DNA of 64,000 nt from a virus: IMG/VR virus record IMGVR_UViG_3300030380_003294; one strand, written 5' to 3'. Under the pieces are notes generated by a model. The model ran no database searches and was not told the origin of the DNA. It saw nothing but the letters and a program-made list of their open reading frames with translations. The translations under genes and the position numbers were made by a program. Positions 24,901 to 32,083 of this stretch are shown in pieces; position 1 is the stretch's first letter; the number at the start of each line of letters is the position of its first letter.

Positions 24901-27900
24901 CAGAACCAGATCTGCCAGGAATTTGACCAACATAAAGATGCTTACTACCAAGAGCAGTAGAAGGAACTGTAGATTGAATTGCTTGAATACCGTTAACATA
25001 TACGGTAAAGACATTTCCTTCTTTCTTCAATCCAATGAATTGCCATGTGTTATCGGCAAACATGTTATTGAGACTGGACTGTCCTGCACCAGATGCATTG
25101 TTAATCTTAGTAGATCCATTAGTTACAACAAGTTCTAAGTATCCAGTGCTTACATCATAATACAACCAAAGACCACCAGTTGCCTCTTCAGCATCACCGA
25201 TAGCAATAAGAGTATGTTGAGTAATACCAGAAACTGCAGTTGTAGCAGTATTCTTGAATATCATCATCTCAACAGTGAAATCACTATTGAGTTTTGCCCC
25301 TAATTGAGCAGAAGTAATTTGTAAGTTAGATTGAGTCCAAGTACTTTGACCAGTTGCATAACCATTAATCTTAGCAACATTATCAGCATATGTGATAGAG
25401 TTGTTTGTTGATGTAGAAGTTAATGTATAATGAGTAGTTGTATCAGCATTAGATCCTGATGTGAATGGGAAGATAAACTCATTTCTATTCCACTGAGTTT
25501 GACCTGCAACATGGATATCACCAGAATTATCAACATCTACAGCATATGCTGTGATGCCTTCAATATTATTTTGAGTAAACTGATTGGTGGTGTGATTCTT
25601 GATCTTTCCATCATATCCAATCTTAACAGTATCAACTGTAGTTAAAGTATCTGTATTATTAGTGCTAGTAAATGCAATATTCAAATCACCAAAGATATCG
25701 ATTGCAGAACTAGGAGCAACACTTACTGATCCTCCAGATGGAGCAACATAACGATAATTCCAGATAAATGTGCCATTTGCATCAATCTTACCAACCCAGA
25801 AACTATCTTTAGTAGTATCATCAGATTTAAGTCTTAGACCACCAGTAACATAAAGTTCTTTAAATTCATCAATAGTGATACTAGTATTCATGATTGAATA
25901 CAAACTATTAGTAAACTGTTTGATCCAATTTACAGTAATTGCATTAGTACCAAAAGCAATCTTAGCAACACCAGTATCGATGTCTGCTTCATTTACAGTG
26001 CTTGCAAGTTCTAAGGATGCATATACATCAGTTCCATCAATAACAATATCGGTAATCTTCTCTGACTTATTAGGAGAAGCAAGTTTTCTCTTAATTGCAA
26101 AGTTACCACTAGTATCAATAGATGCAATAAAGGCATCATAAGGTGCACCAGAGTTAGTATTGGTATATCCTCCAATAATGAATCTAGTATCAGAGTATTT
26201 CTGAATTGCAGTGATAAAGTCGCCACGAGTAGAACCAGAGATACCTGCATAACCTTTTTGGAAGGTTAATGCTGCACTTAGTCCGTTTGCTGCTTCAGTA
26301 TACTTACAAAGAACGATATCAGGATTATATGCAGCAAGAATAGAACTATTGGGACTGTTTTGACCAACAACCCAAATATCCTTACCATCAACATATAATT
26401 TAAGGAATTCAGAGTCTTCCTGACCACCTGCAAGTTCTAAACTTGCTTCCCACTCTTTAACACCAGTAGCAGAAAGTTTTGCAACAACTGCAACATCATT
26501 TGATGCAGCATCATAAGTTTTACCACAGATATAAACTTCTTTAGAATCATTGATATAAACATCACTGATTTTAACGTAATTTCTATTTACAAACTTAGCA
26601 ACGTAATAATCTGCTTTCTTAAAGACCTGAGGATGAGATAAGATGACACGAGGGTTACTTGTATAACCATAACCAGAGTTAATAATATTAACAGTGTCAA
26701 TAGAACCAACAGAACTTACAACTGCTTCAAGTCTACCACCAGTTCCGTTACCATCAATAATAATGGTTGGGGGAATGTCAGTATTATAACCTGATCCAGT
26801 TTGATTAATTACAATTTGTTCAATACCTTTAAACTGTCTAACTGTAAACGTCTTATTGGTATTGTCCATAACAGGAGTATAGTCAATAAAGACACTATCT
26901 CCTGGTTGTAGGTTGTGAGGATTGACTGTAGTAAGTTTACCGAAGTTATTACCACTAATGTTCTCAAATGTATATGCTTCGACTGCTTCACCTCTAATTC
27001 TAGCAACACGAGCAGAAACACCACTACCATCAGTATCAGAATTATCAAAGATCAATCTGTCATTGACCTGATAGTTAATACCTGGGTTCTCAACTGTAAA
27101 TCCAGTTACAGAAGCGTCTTCAAACTTAGTAGTAGTTTCAACTTCAATATCAACCTTAGAGTCAAACTTAACTTTAGGGAAATAGTCAAATAACTGTAAT
27201 GGTGACTCTTCAAAGACTTGATCGGGATCATCAGTTTCATCTTGCTCGATAACACCGCTTCTATCTTCGTCTTCTATGTCAAACAGTAAGATATCACCAT
27301 TCTCTAGTGTTAGAGCGTTTGTAGAGGCATTTGGTGCCCTCTCAACGTCAATATCAACATTCTCGTAAGGATCACGATATCTAACAACTCCAGTAGGAAT
27401 GTTTTGCTGTACCGCAGTAGGACTTAAGTTCCAAGTATCAACAACAGAGTTGAAATCAGGACCCATCACATATGGGAACAGTGGATTACCATCTTCAGTA
27501 GCATCAATAGTAACAAAGTAGCAATATCTACCTTCTGGATACTCAGGAGTCTTACAGAATCTACCATTGTACTGATCTAATGCACCAAGACCAAAAACGT
27601 ATTCATAGTCTTCAATAAACTTACCTGCTGCTTCTGCAGAAAGTAAAGGTCCCGCTGTTCTGACGGGATTTGGATTAGAGTCAACATTATAGACAAGATT
27701 TGTCTTGAGTCTATAGGAGGTGTTGAGTTTTGTGATGGAAGATGATTGATCAGTAGGATCGGAGTAACCATAAGGACCATAAATCGGGTTACCATCAAAT
27801 GCCCAACCAATAATAGGAGAGTGAATCAATCCCTCTTCTCGTTCCTTAATTAATCCTGCTGTATTCTCAAATAAGTTATCACCAAGGATGTATCTCAGTG

Positions 27901-30900
27901 TTTGAGGATTTGATAAGTGAGCATACTCACCACCATACTGGTTATTAAATCCCTCAAAGACAGAACCCTTAGCATTATCAAATGTAGTAGTTTCTTGTAA
28001 GTTATATGTCCATTCAAAAACGTTAGCACTAAATGCTGCCTCTGCACCAACAGAGTTTAGATTGATAATTGTAGTTCCTTGAGTATATCCAATACCTTTG
28101 TTAATAATAGTGATACCAGTCACTCTACCCGCATTTTCACCATCAGTATCGATGGTTGCTCTAGCAACAGCACCAAAACCTTGACCTTGAATAGTAATCT
28201 CAGGAGCAGTTGTATATCCAGAACCTGCAGAGATGATAGCAATAGAAATAATTCTACCGTTAGCAACGATTGCTTGTGCAACAGCACCACTACCAGAACT
28301 TAATGTGACATTAGGAGTAGAGGTGTAGGATTGACCACCTGATCCAACAGTAACTGCTTGAATAGGACCACGAACAGATGCAGTTGCTTGTGCACCAGTA
28401 CCACCGCCACCAACAATAGTGATAGAAGGTTGTGAGGTATATCCAGTACCGCCTGAGTTGATTAGAATTCTAGATACAACGCCTTTTGTAATAATAGCAG
28501 TTGCAGACGCTCCAGAACCGCCTCCACCAACGATAGAGACCAGAGGAGAAGAAGTAAACCCAGAACCCGCTGCAGTAACAGTGATTTCGGAGACAGAACC
28601 GTTAACAGTAACGCTTGCAGTTGCTCCAGTTCCTCCACCACCACTAATTGTTAAAACTGGTGGAGATGCAGCATCATAGTCTTTACCCGCATTTGTAATA
28701 GCAACACTAGTTACAGCACCAAAAGTTTTCTTAATAGTTGACTTGTAAGACCAGATAGATACGCCATTTACCCAAGTTCCAATAGGACCTGGATTAACAC
28801 TGTTCTTAGTAGAGATTGTTTGTGAAACAATCGGGAAACGATTTAATTTACGTTGGTTTCCTGGAAGAAGGGCAGATCCTGGGAAAGGACCAATCTTGTA
28901 GTTAGGAATACCAGTAGATGCTAAGTAAGCATGCTGTGTATTGAAGAACGAGTTCTGAACGTTAGTTGTATAAGGACCAACAGCATTCAATACTGCAGTG
29001 CTATCAGACTTACCTTTGTTTAAGTCAACAGATACTAGAATATTACCTTGTGGTGTTACAGTTGCAGGTTGAGGTAATTGATATTGGAATACAGTATTAC
29101 TATCTCTAGATGTTACAAGGAACGTTCCGTTATAGATGATTGGGTTTGCACCATAAACAGTAACCTGATCACCAACCAACAAACCATGATTGTTTGAGCA
29201 AGTAATAGTTGCAAACTGATTGTTAATGCCTCCAAACGTAACGCTAGTTACATTAATAAGTTTTTTTACGTTATATAACCATGTCGTCAAGTGGGGATCG
29301 ATGCTAGTTCCACCTAGTTTCGACACAGTGAGTTTATCACCAGGTAAGTAATAGGATCCAGTGTCAGTAAGGGTAGTCTGTTGTGCATCAACAATACCAA
29401 CAACATTCAAGACAACTTCTTGAGGAGTGCCTTTATTAACGAATACAGTGAAGTTGGATGTAACTTGAGTTGCAGAATCCCAATCTTCTACAATATTGTT
29501 AGCAGAACGAGTACACTCAATAAACTGGTTAAGTGATTTCTCTTTGTATTGTACAAGTTCAGATCCAGTACCTCTACCAATTACAAACTCACCGTTTCTT
29601 TCTGGCCAACCAATAGTAGAGTCAACCGTAATGATTGAATCGGTTGTATTAAGAGGTTCTGCAAGTTTTGTTTTGTATGGTACGGTAAACGTCCCAACAA
29701 TAGTTTCTTCAGAGAGAACAAGTTCAAAAATCTCTACATCTGAAGTTTTGATTGAAATATAGTTTTCAACTAGTGCACTTGCATTAGTTACATTAGGATC
29801 TGCAATATCTGCTTCTTGAGTAAGCAAACCATCTCTAATATCATCAGGATTACCACTTACTAAGGTTGCACGCAAAATGGTATCAATAGACCAAGTTGCA
29901 GCAGAGGGTTTAATAATTTGGTCTTTTGGATATGTAACCGTTACAGTTTCACCGTAAAGTAACTTGAACAGATATGCAATACTGAATGAAGTACCTTTAG
30001 ATGAATAAAAATCTTTAATAGTTTTGATCGCTGTACGAACATCGATCTTCTTATAGTCAAGTTCTGGAACATCTGGTAAGAATTGTTCTGTATACTTGTC
30101 TAATAATCTCTTGATAAACAACGCATCAAGACATTTTACATTTGCGCCAATAGCAGCACTTGCAGCAATAGTATTGTTGGTGAATACCGCGTTACCATCC
30201 TCAGTATACTTTGTAATTCCAGATGCTGCTCTTGCACATCCAGTAAACGCTGCTTTGTTGTATCCATTACCCGCTTCTGTTACAACAAAACCAGTAACTT
30301 CATTTAATCCAATCTCAACAGATGCTTTTGCTTGAGGAGGTGCTTGAATTACAATCTCAGGAGGATTAGCAGCAGAATATCCGCTACCAAAGGCAGTAAT
30401 ATTAATATCTGTAATTTGACCGTTGAAAATTGAAGCAACAGCAGTTGCACCAGTTCCACCGTTGATTCTATTGTCTACAATGTACACTGAAGGCACATCA
30501 TCATATCCGCTGCCACCATTCAGTAGATCAACTCTAATAACACGCCCATCACCATCAACAATGGTTTCTAATACTTGTGCACCTACAGGATCGATAATAG
30601 CAACCCTAGGTGTAGTAGTGTATCCTTGCCCCGCATTCAAAACTGTAATGCTGGCGACTTTACCATCAGCAAGATCTGCTCTCAATGCTGCCTTGATTGG
30701 GTTAGAACCAGTTGGTTCATCAACATATACAATAGGAGCAGTAGTGTAACCAAAACCTCCGTCAGTCACGGGGATTGACATTAACTGCTCATTAGTAATC
30801 ACGGGAGATCCCAGTTTAGCACCACCAGGTTGAATAAAGGTGATTCTAGGAGTAAAAGTATAACCAGAACCAGAATTTGTAATATCAAGACCAGTAACAG

Positions 30901-32077
30901 CACCATCAGTAACAGTTGCTGAAATAGTTGCTTGACTAGAACCAGTTTTAGTTGGTGATTGTACTTGCACCACAGGAGGGTTAGAGACGCTGTAACCTCT
31001 TCCACCCTCTAATAAGGAGATTGCCTTGATACCGTTGACAAGGGCAGTTGCAGCACCACCAGAACCGTTCTCAGAGTCAATACTAACTTGAGGAGGATAT
31101 TCAAAACGATATCCAGAACCAATTTCACTGGATACAATGCTTGTTAAGTTTCCAAGATTATCTACACGAGAAAATCCAACCGCACCTGCACCGAAAGAGG
31201 GGATTGGTGCTTCTATAGAATGAATTGATAAGAAACGACCATTAAGAGGTGCTATCTTAAATACAAACTGATCTTTATCGATAAAGTAGTCAACTTTTGG
31301 TACAAGAAGTCTATTATCGTAAATTACGTTTAAATACTCTTCAACTTCTGGTTCATACTTTACACCATTACGAGTCATGGTAAATTGCTTCTTACCATCT
31401 CCAAAAGCACCAGAAAGATTGTCTAAATTGTAAATGGTGTTCTCAACAAAACCGCTGAGATAGTAGATATAGGTTGAACCTGCATCATCAGCAGGAATCT
31501 TGGTTCTGGGTGCAGTAGTGAATACAATGTTTGATCCCGAAATTGTGTAATCAACATTAGGGATTAAAATCTTACCATACAAAGATACAATCAGATGCTG
31601 TGCTGAAGGAGGAGCAATCGGACTGTCTTGGGATGTTAATGGGAATTGAGTAGCAGTGCTATCAAATGAGGAAAGGAGACTTGCAAGAGTAGTCCACTTA
31701 AGTTTTACCTGCTCATAAGAAATACCTGGAGACAGGGCAACACTAGGAGACTTATCAACACTTTCGTAGAATATAACTTCATCACCAACTAGAATAGATC
31801 CATTCTCTTCTAGGAAAGGATCAATACTTTCTACAACGATCTTATCATCTGTTACACTAACTGGTTCTACAACCGTAGTTGCACCATCTAGGATACCGAT
31901 ATCAAGTTTGTCGATATCGAGATACTGAAGGAAGTTATTAAGTATGTTTTGCCCCAGACCAGTTTTTTCTTGAGACTTGTAGTAATACTCAAGAAACTTA
32001 TTAAACAGGGGATATTCTGATCCAATGAAGTCTGGTGATTGAGACTCAATCGACTGGGATACCTTATTGATGTTCAT
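12953..32077 (-). CDS. gp7: Giant baseplate wedge initiator, gp7-like (6374 aa, multidomain)
   Basis: Lies directly after gp6. N-terminal KVSQSIESQSPDFIGSEYPLFNKFLEYYY, internal IKDFYSSKGT..LFKLLYGE and IQDSYYYQDFSYAVKS..VHPASFKVFGE motifs are typical of cyanophage gp7. Also has YHYH, propeller, two LamG-like and repeat domains. Confidence 0.8.
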   Translation of the reverse strand: MNINKVSQSIESQSPDFIGSEYPLFNKFLEYYYKSQEKTGLGQNILNNFLQYLDIDKLDIGILDGATTVVEPVSVTDDKIVVESIDPFLEENGSILVGDEVIFYESVDKSPSVALSPGISYEQVKLKWTTLASLLSSFDSTATQFPLTSQDSPIAPPSAQHLIVSLYGKILIPNVDYTISGSNIVFTTAPRTKIPADDAGSTYIYYLSGFVENTIYNLDNLSGAFGDGKKQFTMTRNGVKYEPEVEEYLNVIYDNRLLVPKVDYFIDKDQFVFKIAPLNGRFLSIHSIEAPIPSFGAGAVGFSRVDNLGNLTSIVSSEIGSGYRFEYPPQVSIDSENGSGGAATALVNGIKAISLLEGGRGYSVSNPPVVQVQSPTKTGSSQATISATVTDGAVTGLDITNSGSGYTFTPRITFIQPGGAKLGSPVITNEQLMSIPVTDGGFGYTTAPIVYVDEPTGSNPIKAALRADLADGKVASITVLNAGQGYTTTPRVAIIDPVGAQVLETIVDGDGRVIRVDLLNGGSGYDDVPSVYIVDNRINGGTGATAVASIFNGQITDINITAFGSGYSAANPPEIVIQAPPQAKASVEIGLNEVTGFVVTEAGNGYNKAAFTGCARAASGITKYTEDGNAVFTNNTIAASAAIGANVKCLDALFIKRLLDKYTEQFLPDVPELDYKKIDVRTAIKTIKDFYSSKGTSFSIAYLFKLLYGETVTVTYPKDQIIKPSAATWSIDTILRATLVSGNPDDIRDGLLTQEADIADPNVTNASALVENYISIKTSDVEIFELVLSEETIVGTFTVPYKTKLAEPLNTTDSIITVDSTIGWPERNGEFVIGRGTGSELVQYKEKSLNQFIECTRSANNIVEDWDSATQVTSNFTVFVNKGTPQEVVLNVVGIVDAQQTTLTDTGSYYLPGDKLTVSKLGGTSIDPHLTTWLYNVKKLINVTSVTFGGINNQFATITCSNNHGLLVGDQVTVYGANPIIYNGTFLVTSRDSNTVFQYQLPQPATVTPQGNILVSVDLNKGKSDSTAVLNAVGPYTTNVQNSFFNTQHAYLASTGIPNYKIGPFPGSALLPGNQRKLNRFPIVSQTISTKNSVNPGPIGTWVNGVSIWSYKSTIKKTFGAVTSVAITNAGKDYDAASPPVLTISGGGGTGATASVTVNGSVSEITVTAAGSGFTSSPLVSIVGGGGSGASATAIITKGVVSRILINSGGTGYTSQPSITIVGGGGTGAQATASVRGPIQAVTVGSGGQSYTSTPNVTLSSGSGAVAQAIVANGRIISIAIISAGSGYTTAPEITIQGQGFGAVARATIDTDGENAGRVTGITIINKGIGYTQGTTIINLNSVGAEAAFSANVFEWTYNLQETTTFDNAKGSVFEGFNNQYGGEYAHLSNPQTLRYILGDNLFENTAGLIKEREEGLIHSPIIGWAFDGNPIYGPYGYSDPTDQSSSITKLNTSYRLKTNLVYNVDSNPNPVRTAGPLLSAEAAGKFIEDYEYVFGLGALDQYNGRFCKTPEYPEGRYCYFVTIDATEDGNPLFPYVMGPDFNSVVDTWNLSPTAVQQNIPTGVVRYRDPYENVDIDVERAPNASTNALTLENGDILLFDIEDEDRSGVIEQDETDDPDQVFEESPLQLFDYFPKVKFDSKVDIEVETTTKFEDASVTGFTVENPGINYQVNDRLIFDNSDTDGSGVSARVARIRGEAVEAYTFENISGNNFGKLTTVNPHNLQPGDSVFIDYTPVMDNTNKTFTVRQFKGIEQIVINQTGSGYNTDIPPTIIIDGNGTGGRLEAVVSSVGSIDTVNIINSGYGYTSNPRVILSHPQVFKKADYYVAKFVNRNYVKISDVYINDSKEVYICGKTYDAASNDVAVVAKLSATGVKEWEASLELAGGQEDSEFLKLYVDGKDIWVVGQNSPNSSILAAYNPDIVLCKYTEAANGLSAALTFQKGYAGISGSTRGDFITAIQKYSDTRFIIGGYTNTNSGAPYDAFIASIDTSGNFAIKRKLASPNKSEKITDIVIDGTDVYASLELASTVNEADIDTGVAKIAFGTNAITVNWIKQFTNSLYSIMNTSITIDEFKELYVTGGLRLKSDDTTKDSFWVGKIDANGTFIWNYRYVAPSGGSVSVAPSSAIDIFGDLNIAFTSTNNTDTLTTVDTVKIGYDGKIKNHTTNQFTQNNIEGITAYAVDVDNSGDIHVAGQTQWNRNEFIFPFTSGSNADTTTHYTLTSTSTNNSITYADNVAKINGYATGQSTWTQSNLQITSAQLGAKLNSDFTVEMMIFKNTATTAVSGITQHTLIAIGDAEEATGGLWLYYDVSTGYLELVVTNGSTKINNASGAGQSSLNNMFADNTWQFIGLKKEGNVFTVYVNGIQAIQSTVPSTALGSKHLYVGQIPGRSGSAGNFRVNEQGQFQVDNFRLRNRAITPTVPSDVSVFPTTGAFGFSYTWSDTAWFTTNLNRYDLIDYDGFALKVDKNADSARLGTISTQTNTQLGFTRTAVTPVIGSTLTMQNTGYSLSEAGFQSLDFDDATINMTPGTETLTYTQDVWSSRTATVPSPGSQKLNVSAVVKDRYFFKVTPTIKIDNIQELTINQAFRFSVGTKLRLNNDSGQFVNSGYIVRIDNENNKVYLAVNNNTWTNDTATGNLITEQFNEQSTYGIVGPIPNDINIIENFSFPLVVNTTPGTFDIDLDKYNLDGTYNAAGSQNLDSFAKFKPFATEDYSVRIDEVSGSSPFIVGSVVQLSSGDVSFNSARSTIQVTNLTGVLKITLVANLDKILQVSSVANSDEVYVITDTSHYLSKGDVIYVDGNPSQEVSGVTYDEYDGAFPVDQVISPLEFTYKLDQAAVSSPATTAGNVNIFMKSPTLKMYYGHQYIFDLSHSSLVGGNLSFAKDSLYKLEYSFNSIERVGTPGISGAGAPTPSVKLKVDESIVTNISYYFDPSRTGDDSPVVPGSYLDVVDSPYKGNFEISSIAGQTITRGADIIKFPLLNEPEGAADINQTSYGTSSTRAVGSIDSVRIVNPGGFYTRLPIVSAIQSTRQIERIQINDPGTEYAVGEYAGVPIAGDGEGGFVSITVADGTDANGVTIPGQIQKIDVTSPGKGYTTASIDIESVSGILGSGLTGSGAEVVVVIPPFGSGASIFTQGSSVGKIKKLKNNNFGYDYPHDYTLRPEITFPINAQLTSTSILDSITVTDPGTGYSQAPAVVITGGGGSGAIAEATIKNGRLDTIIVKDPGAGYSSTPIVSLRSSFNYVVNLDLGLLQFAFPHGIQNGAAVTLNAVDTGDGVEFPLSAGAVGRLNGTTTYYAIAGSANSLEPDQLKLAITPANAALGDALSYVNAGTGRQQVLTESFGGSATANVVTSTFLEGELVYQGDSLTAATATGFVSTNAGWQVGPRVLKIVDYTGEFSTGQRITGVISKSSGIMTDIKVAKGVLEIGSITKTTGQFIDDVGKPSEIIQKIQDSYYYQDFSYAVKSAVSIGEWKEILIKNVHPASFKVFGELDLNDYGFIPNKETSFQLTKSVELARDAIVPNIQNFALVEPVYSEFNNTEVLFRQKRLTSSENILTSVVQRLDDISNQFDGQKISFPLTVDGGNVVANANQLMIVLNGVVQTPGTAFEIQGDSIVFAEPPQPPASIKYVNVTINPISTVAVTFTNISGIFPTPGMTLVGTSSTARLTVTTVVGDTINGFITQGTYTIGELATVGATGFAANIVAVTNISNIGLFIFGENVTNLTGDTAKVEQINLASGAETPLAQLRYTVGAATTSIEMVAFKTDNTAADYAVTAGVFAAGTNYQLGSEIFRVDSVTTGSESTTLTVTRGQNGTLAVAHQEDSPVYGTDISVTNALTLSKVAGTYQSTPGLFDIQLNDVIIGAQSGVVASVTATATYQDPTTNEFIGQVNISEGSSFFGLLFNRITSQTYPNVVLDDISKSQIGVVDFTDNTTAFDSSFPANEQVNNYVIPYDNAVGTLQENEYIRNYKVEYGNNVGDFQASEGARIRKLTFTDRIGSGFFQAGQVIRSRDTKAEVVGANSARSTIFLGKIARSQRGGLDYNIATFSGNAQLDTAQKKFGLSSLLLDGAGDYISTDSSSDFAWGSAGFTIECYIRPSDITGTRTIFDFRASSASEVAGRLYLEAGQVRYNVNGSDLVTSGATTVTADTWTHVVVQRSSTTTKIFLDGVERGTGTDSTSYVAKPFRVGMDYAGANGFIGHIDEIRLSSTTRYSSVPFTPQNGIFQGDNNAKLLYHLDGADAQTYTDDWSGTQDFTIDEYFNNDAIRETQRQTGATGGFNQKTHRYINAADLVILNREFIAQEAVYIMKERYPYFTVVGGEINCEDDVKDILDAMVEDLRNGSNNHVWDAAALYVDRTTNPVTLLHVSDDLVESLFTYETVGKLLKYVVNNTPWSVQGDHGFTQKFDTTITESDYLSQSVTQVTPSGATYNPATGEMVVTSSGHGLVSDSTITATNATYVATTGILTITSNGHNLQNGDRIQLADNSITFTCSMDGNSTNHTYPRPNDPAALGWLEVQNKTTNTFELNVGKSTAVNYQPTGATYDPSTGIAVLTLPNNNLEVGQSIKIAQDSLTFSRGTGGNGTLPASDKIVSITQNGVTSTATGAIYDPATGVLQITQNAHGFVVGDKIRIADNSLSFTCTKDGNHETKTYPRSTDPFSGRWLRISAKTDNTFTVNVGPSSAADQFAHTFVSASANGIIKKNNTITVDIGTDSNTSTHTFASATSSAVVSGGNYTHTFVSATTNGITVAGDSVFLADGAISFTCSKDGNQKITAYPRSTDPASKQVLKISAHTTDTFTINVGASSADDQYSHTFSSAVSNGITKSEYSLTDCADVVTTNNNLLDIITDTLENAAAASPTDHLATVTKVSPAYEFVGGTVNAYSEVPFIVDYHNGTTDQIYTNQIDEDARGRFRDAANLIRANRKVIVDKAAFDMLTRYPDLALNMPRNANGTSTDGTLRCKTDLGLILDGLADDLYDGGNLETITAAKFYIGASGELQHIRLQVWQSVYAHERLGFYAKQAVTGDLTYDNTDGIIVGDWGITNDAGGCANVKTAIDNLVTTINDIIAPTGSDFEIAADRLYFNRNFIAEEITGLITTEFTYLLNSIQYQAFQYPNGALGEAKCQRDLKLIIESAISDLQTGGNNSTIDAISKYLTAALTLNISQGVEQELLATVYGIEQLEALGKKAIDNLLYANGEDTGGTAGAYSALHTDDAAVRDALTITDAASVKNRWSELIEIAVNILAPAKTIGRSAAKHILYNRNYYLQEIQTQTVAQFGAGSWVYDDFVNQTVNDVIHDLVITDTKKKTTAYGITISSVTGAFQVGEVVRSNVGGYATVLEYDSETNFFVIGPFTGTAWVASNTLTGKTSGATATVGAVGSPYDWYTEVANVRTLSSARLITSNISGQIAGTNLWTNPEAYQINWTPTTNVTITANQGLAPDDTQTAEDVTPNNGQNGQHEINRDFNLTAFETFDSGTVTFDTTNESFDTGAVGQTETQQFTFSGFVKTSGSQSIRFQMQLDPGGAGEQNAFFDLNLTTGATGTAFTPQGGITVDQFGAIPLGDGWYRCFITGTFSFGFTTLRSKFIIKSGSGATVWTGDGSTGVLVWGAKLTKGGLDPYQSQSGKTFFSDTEFNTKNYILELLEQYMIAALDNSLTSPSTAAGFYSFYSSADAANYTKDSISAAIRYLLQIITNQLSNDTSYIGLTTYNGISLPTKKFGTRNIPVGYNGGLNPADFVYGLLSDASAEVESITLNEGLVVQVYSRFRIDGDITDGPYTMNEVVAKQGAPSITGVVYGFHEDANYKYLDVKITAGPWAITDNIVGATNSTTAQISAIETRVHIIDLKGDFVADIPFKGYTSGATAQPTSFLKAEAAVTDNTGGKLTVDTESLLGTFEKTAVVYPSASRQFITVSKYAGLDIGVGDRIASVGYKRFGINIISGLNNFTVGNRLYKVISGVQDSATFGIITDVDIANNYVYMVEFQGTFSQGDQIGDYGLAATFPVGYASISTIVTTAGAGAALVQDVRPDGINKRLYLSDVTGTFGIRDAIKGPDSYGAVILTQVDLKARVKRSFKGFDGTQTTFDLSQNNGTAYLPDPAGHLLIFVNGILQPPGATNAYTAFSNQIQFTEAPDLGASFTGFYIGKLRQLDDISFEFDSLRQSFNLKRNDVFYSLTLTEGVQSSVIRPENNIICSLNGVIQEPGVGFEIVGSRIIFSEIPRFGSTFVAFSYVGSEADVDAAEVVPPIEPGDFIDIQGETADREVAVIESSNSLITFDYLGSVFGQNASATALLTSGFIDKVQVTGGGSGYTSRPTVRIDSISGFDGNIRALVGVAGVELSATGTGYQNPGISIDTVVPDDYVAPDLSQYGEELVDPETP

Positions 32078-32083
32078 CTACGC

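Noticed and set aside
12953-32077. Intein or intron explaining the giant ORF
   Set aside because: No intein splice motifs or homing-endonuclease motifs were recognised; the length is explained by structural domains and repeats.
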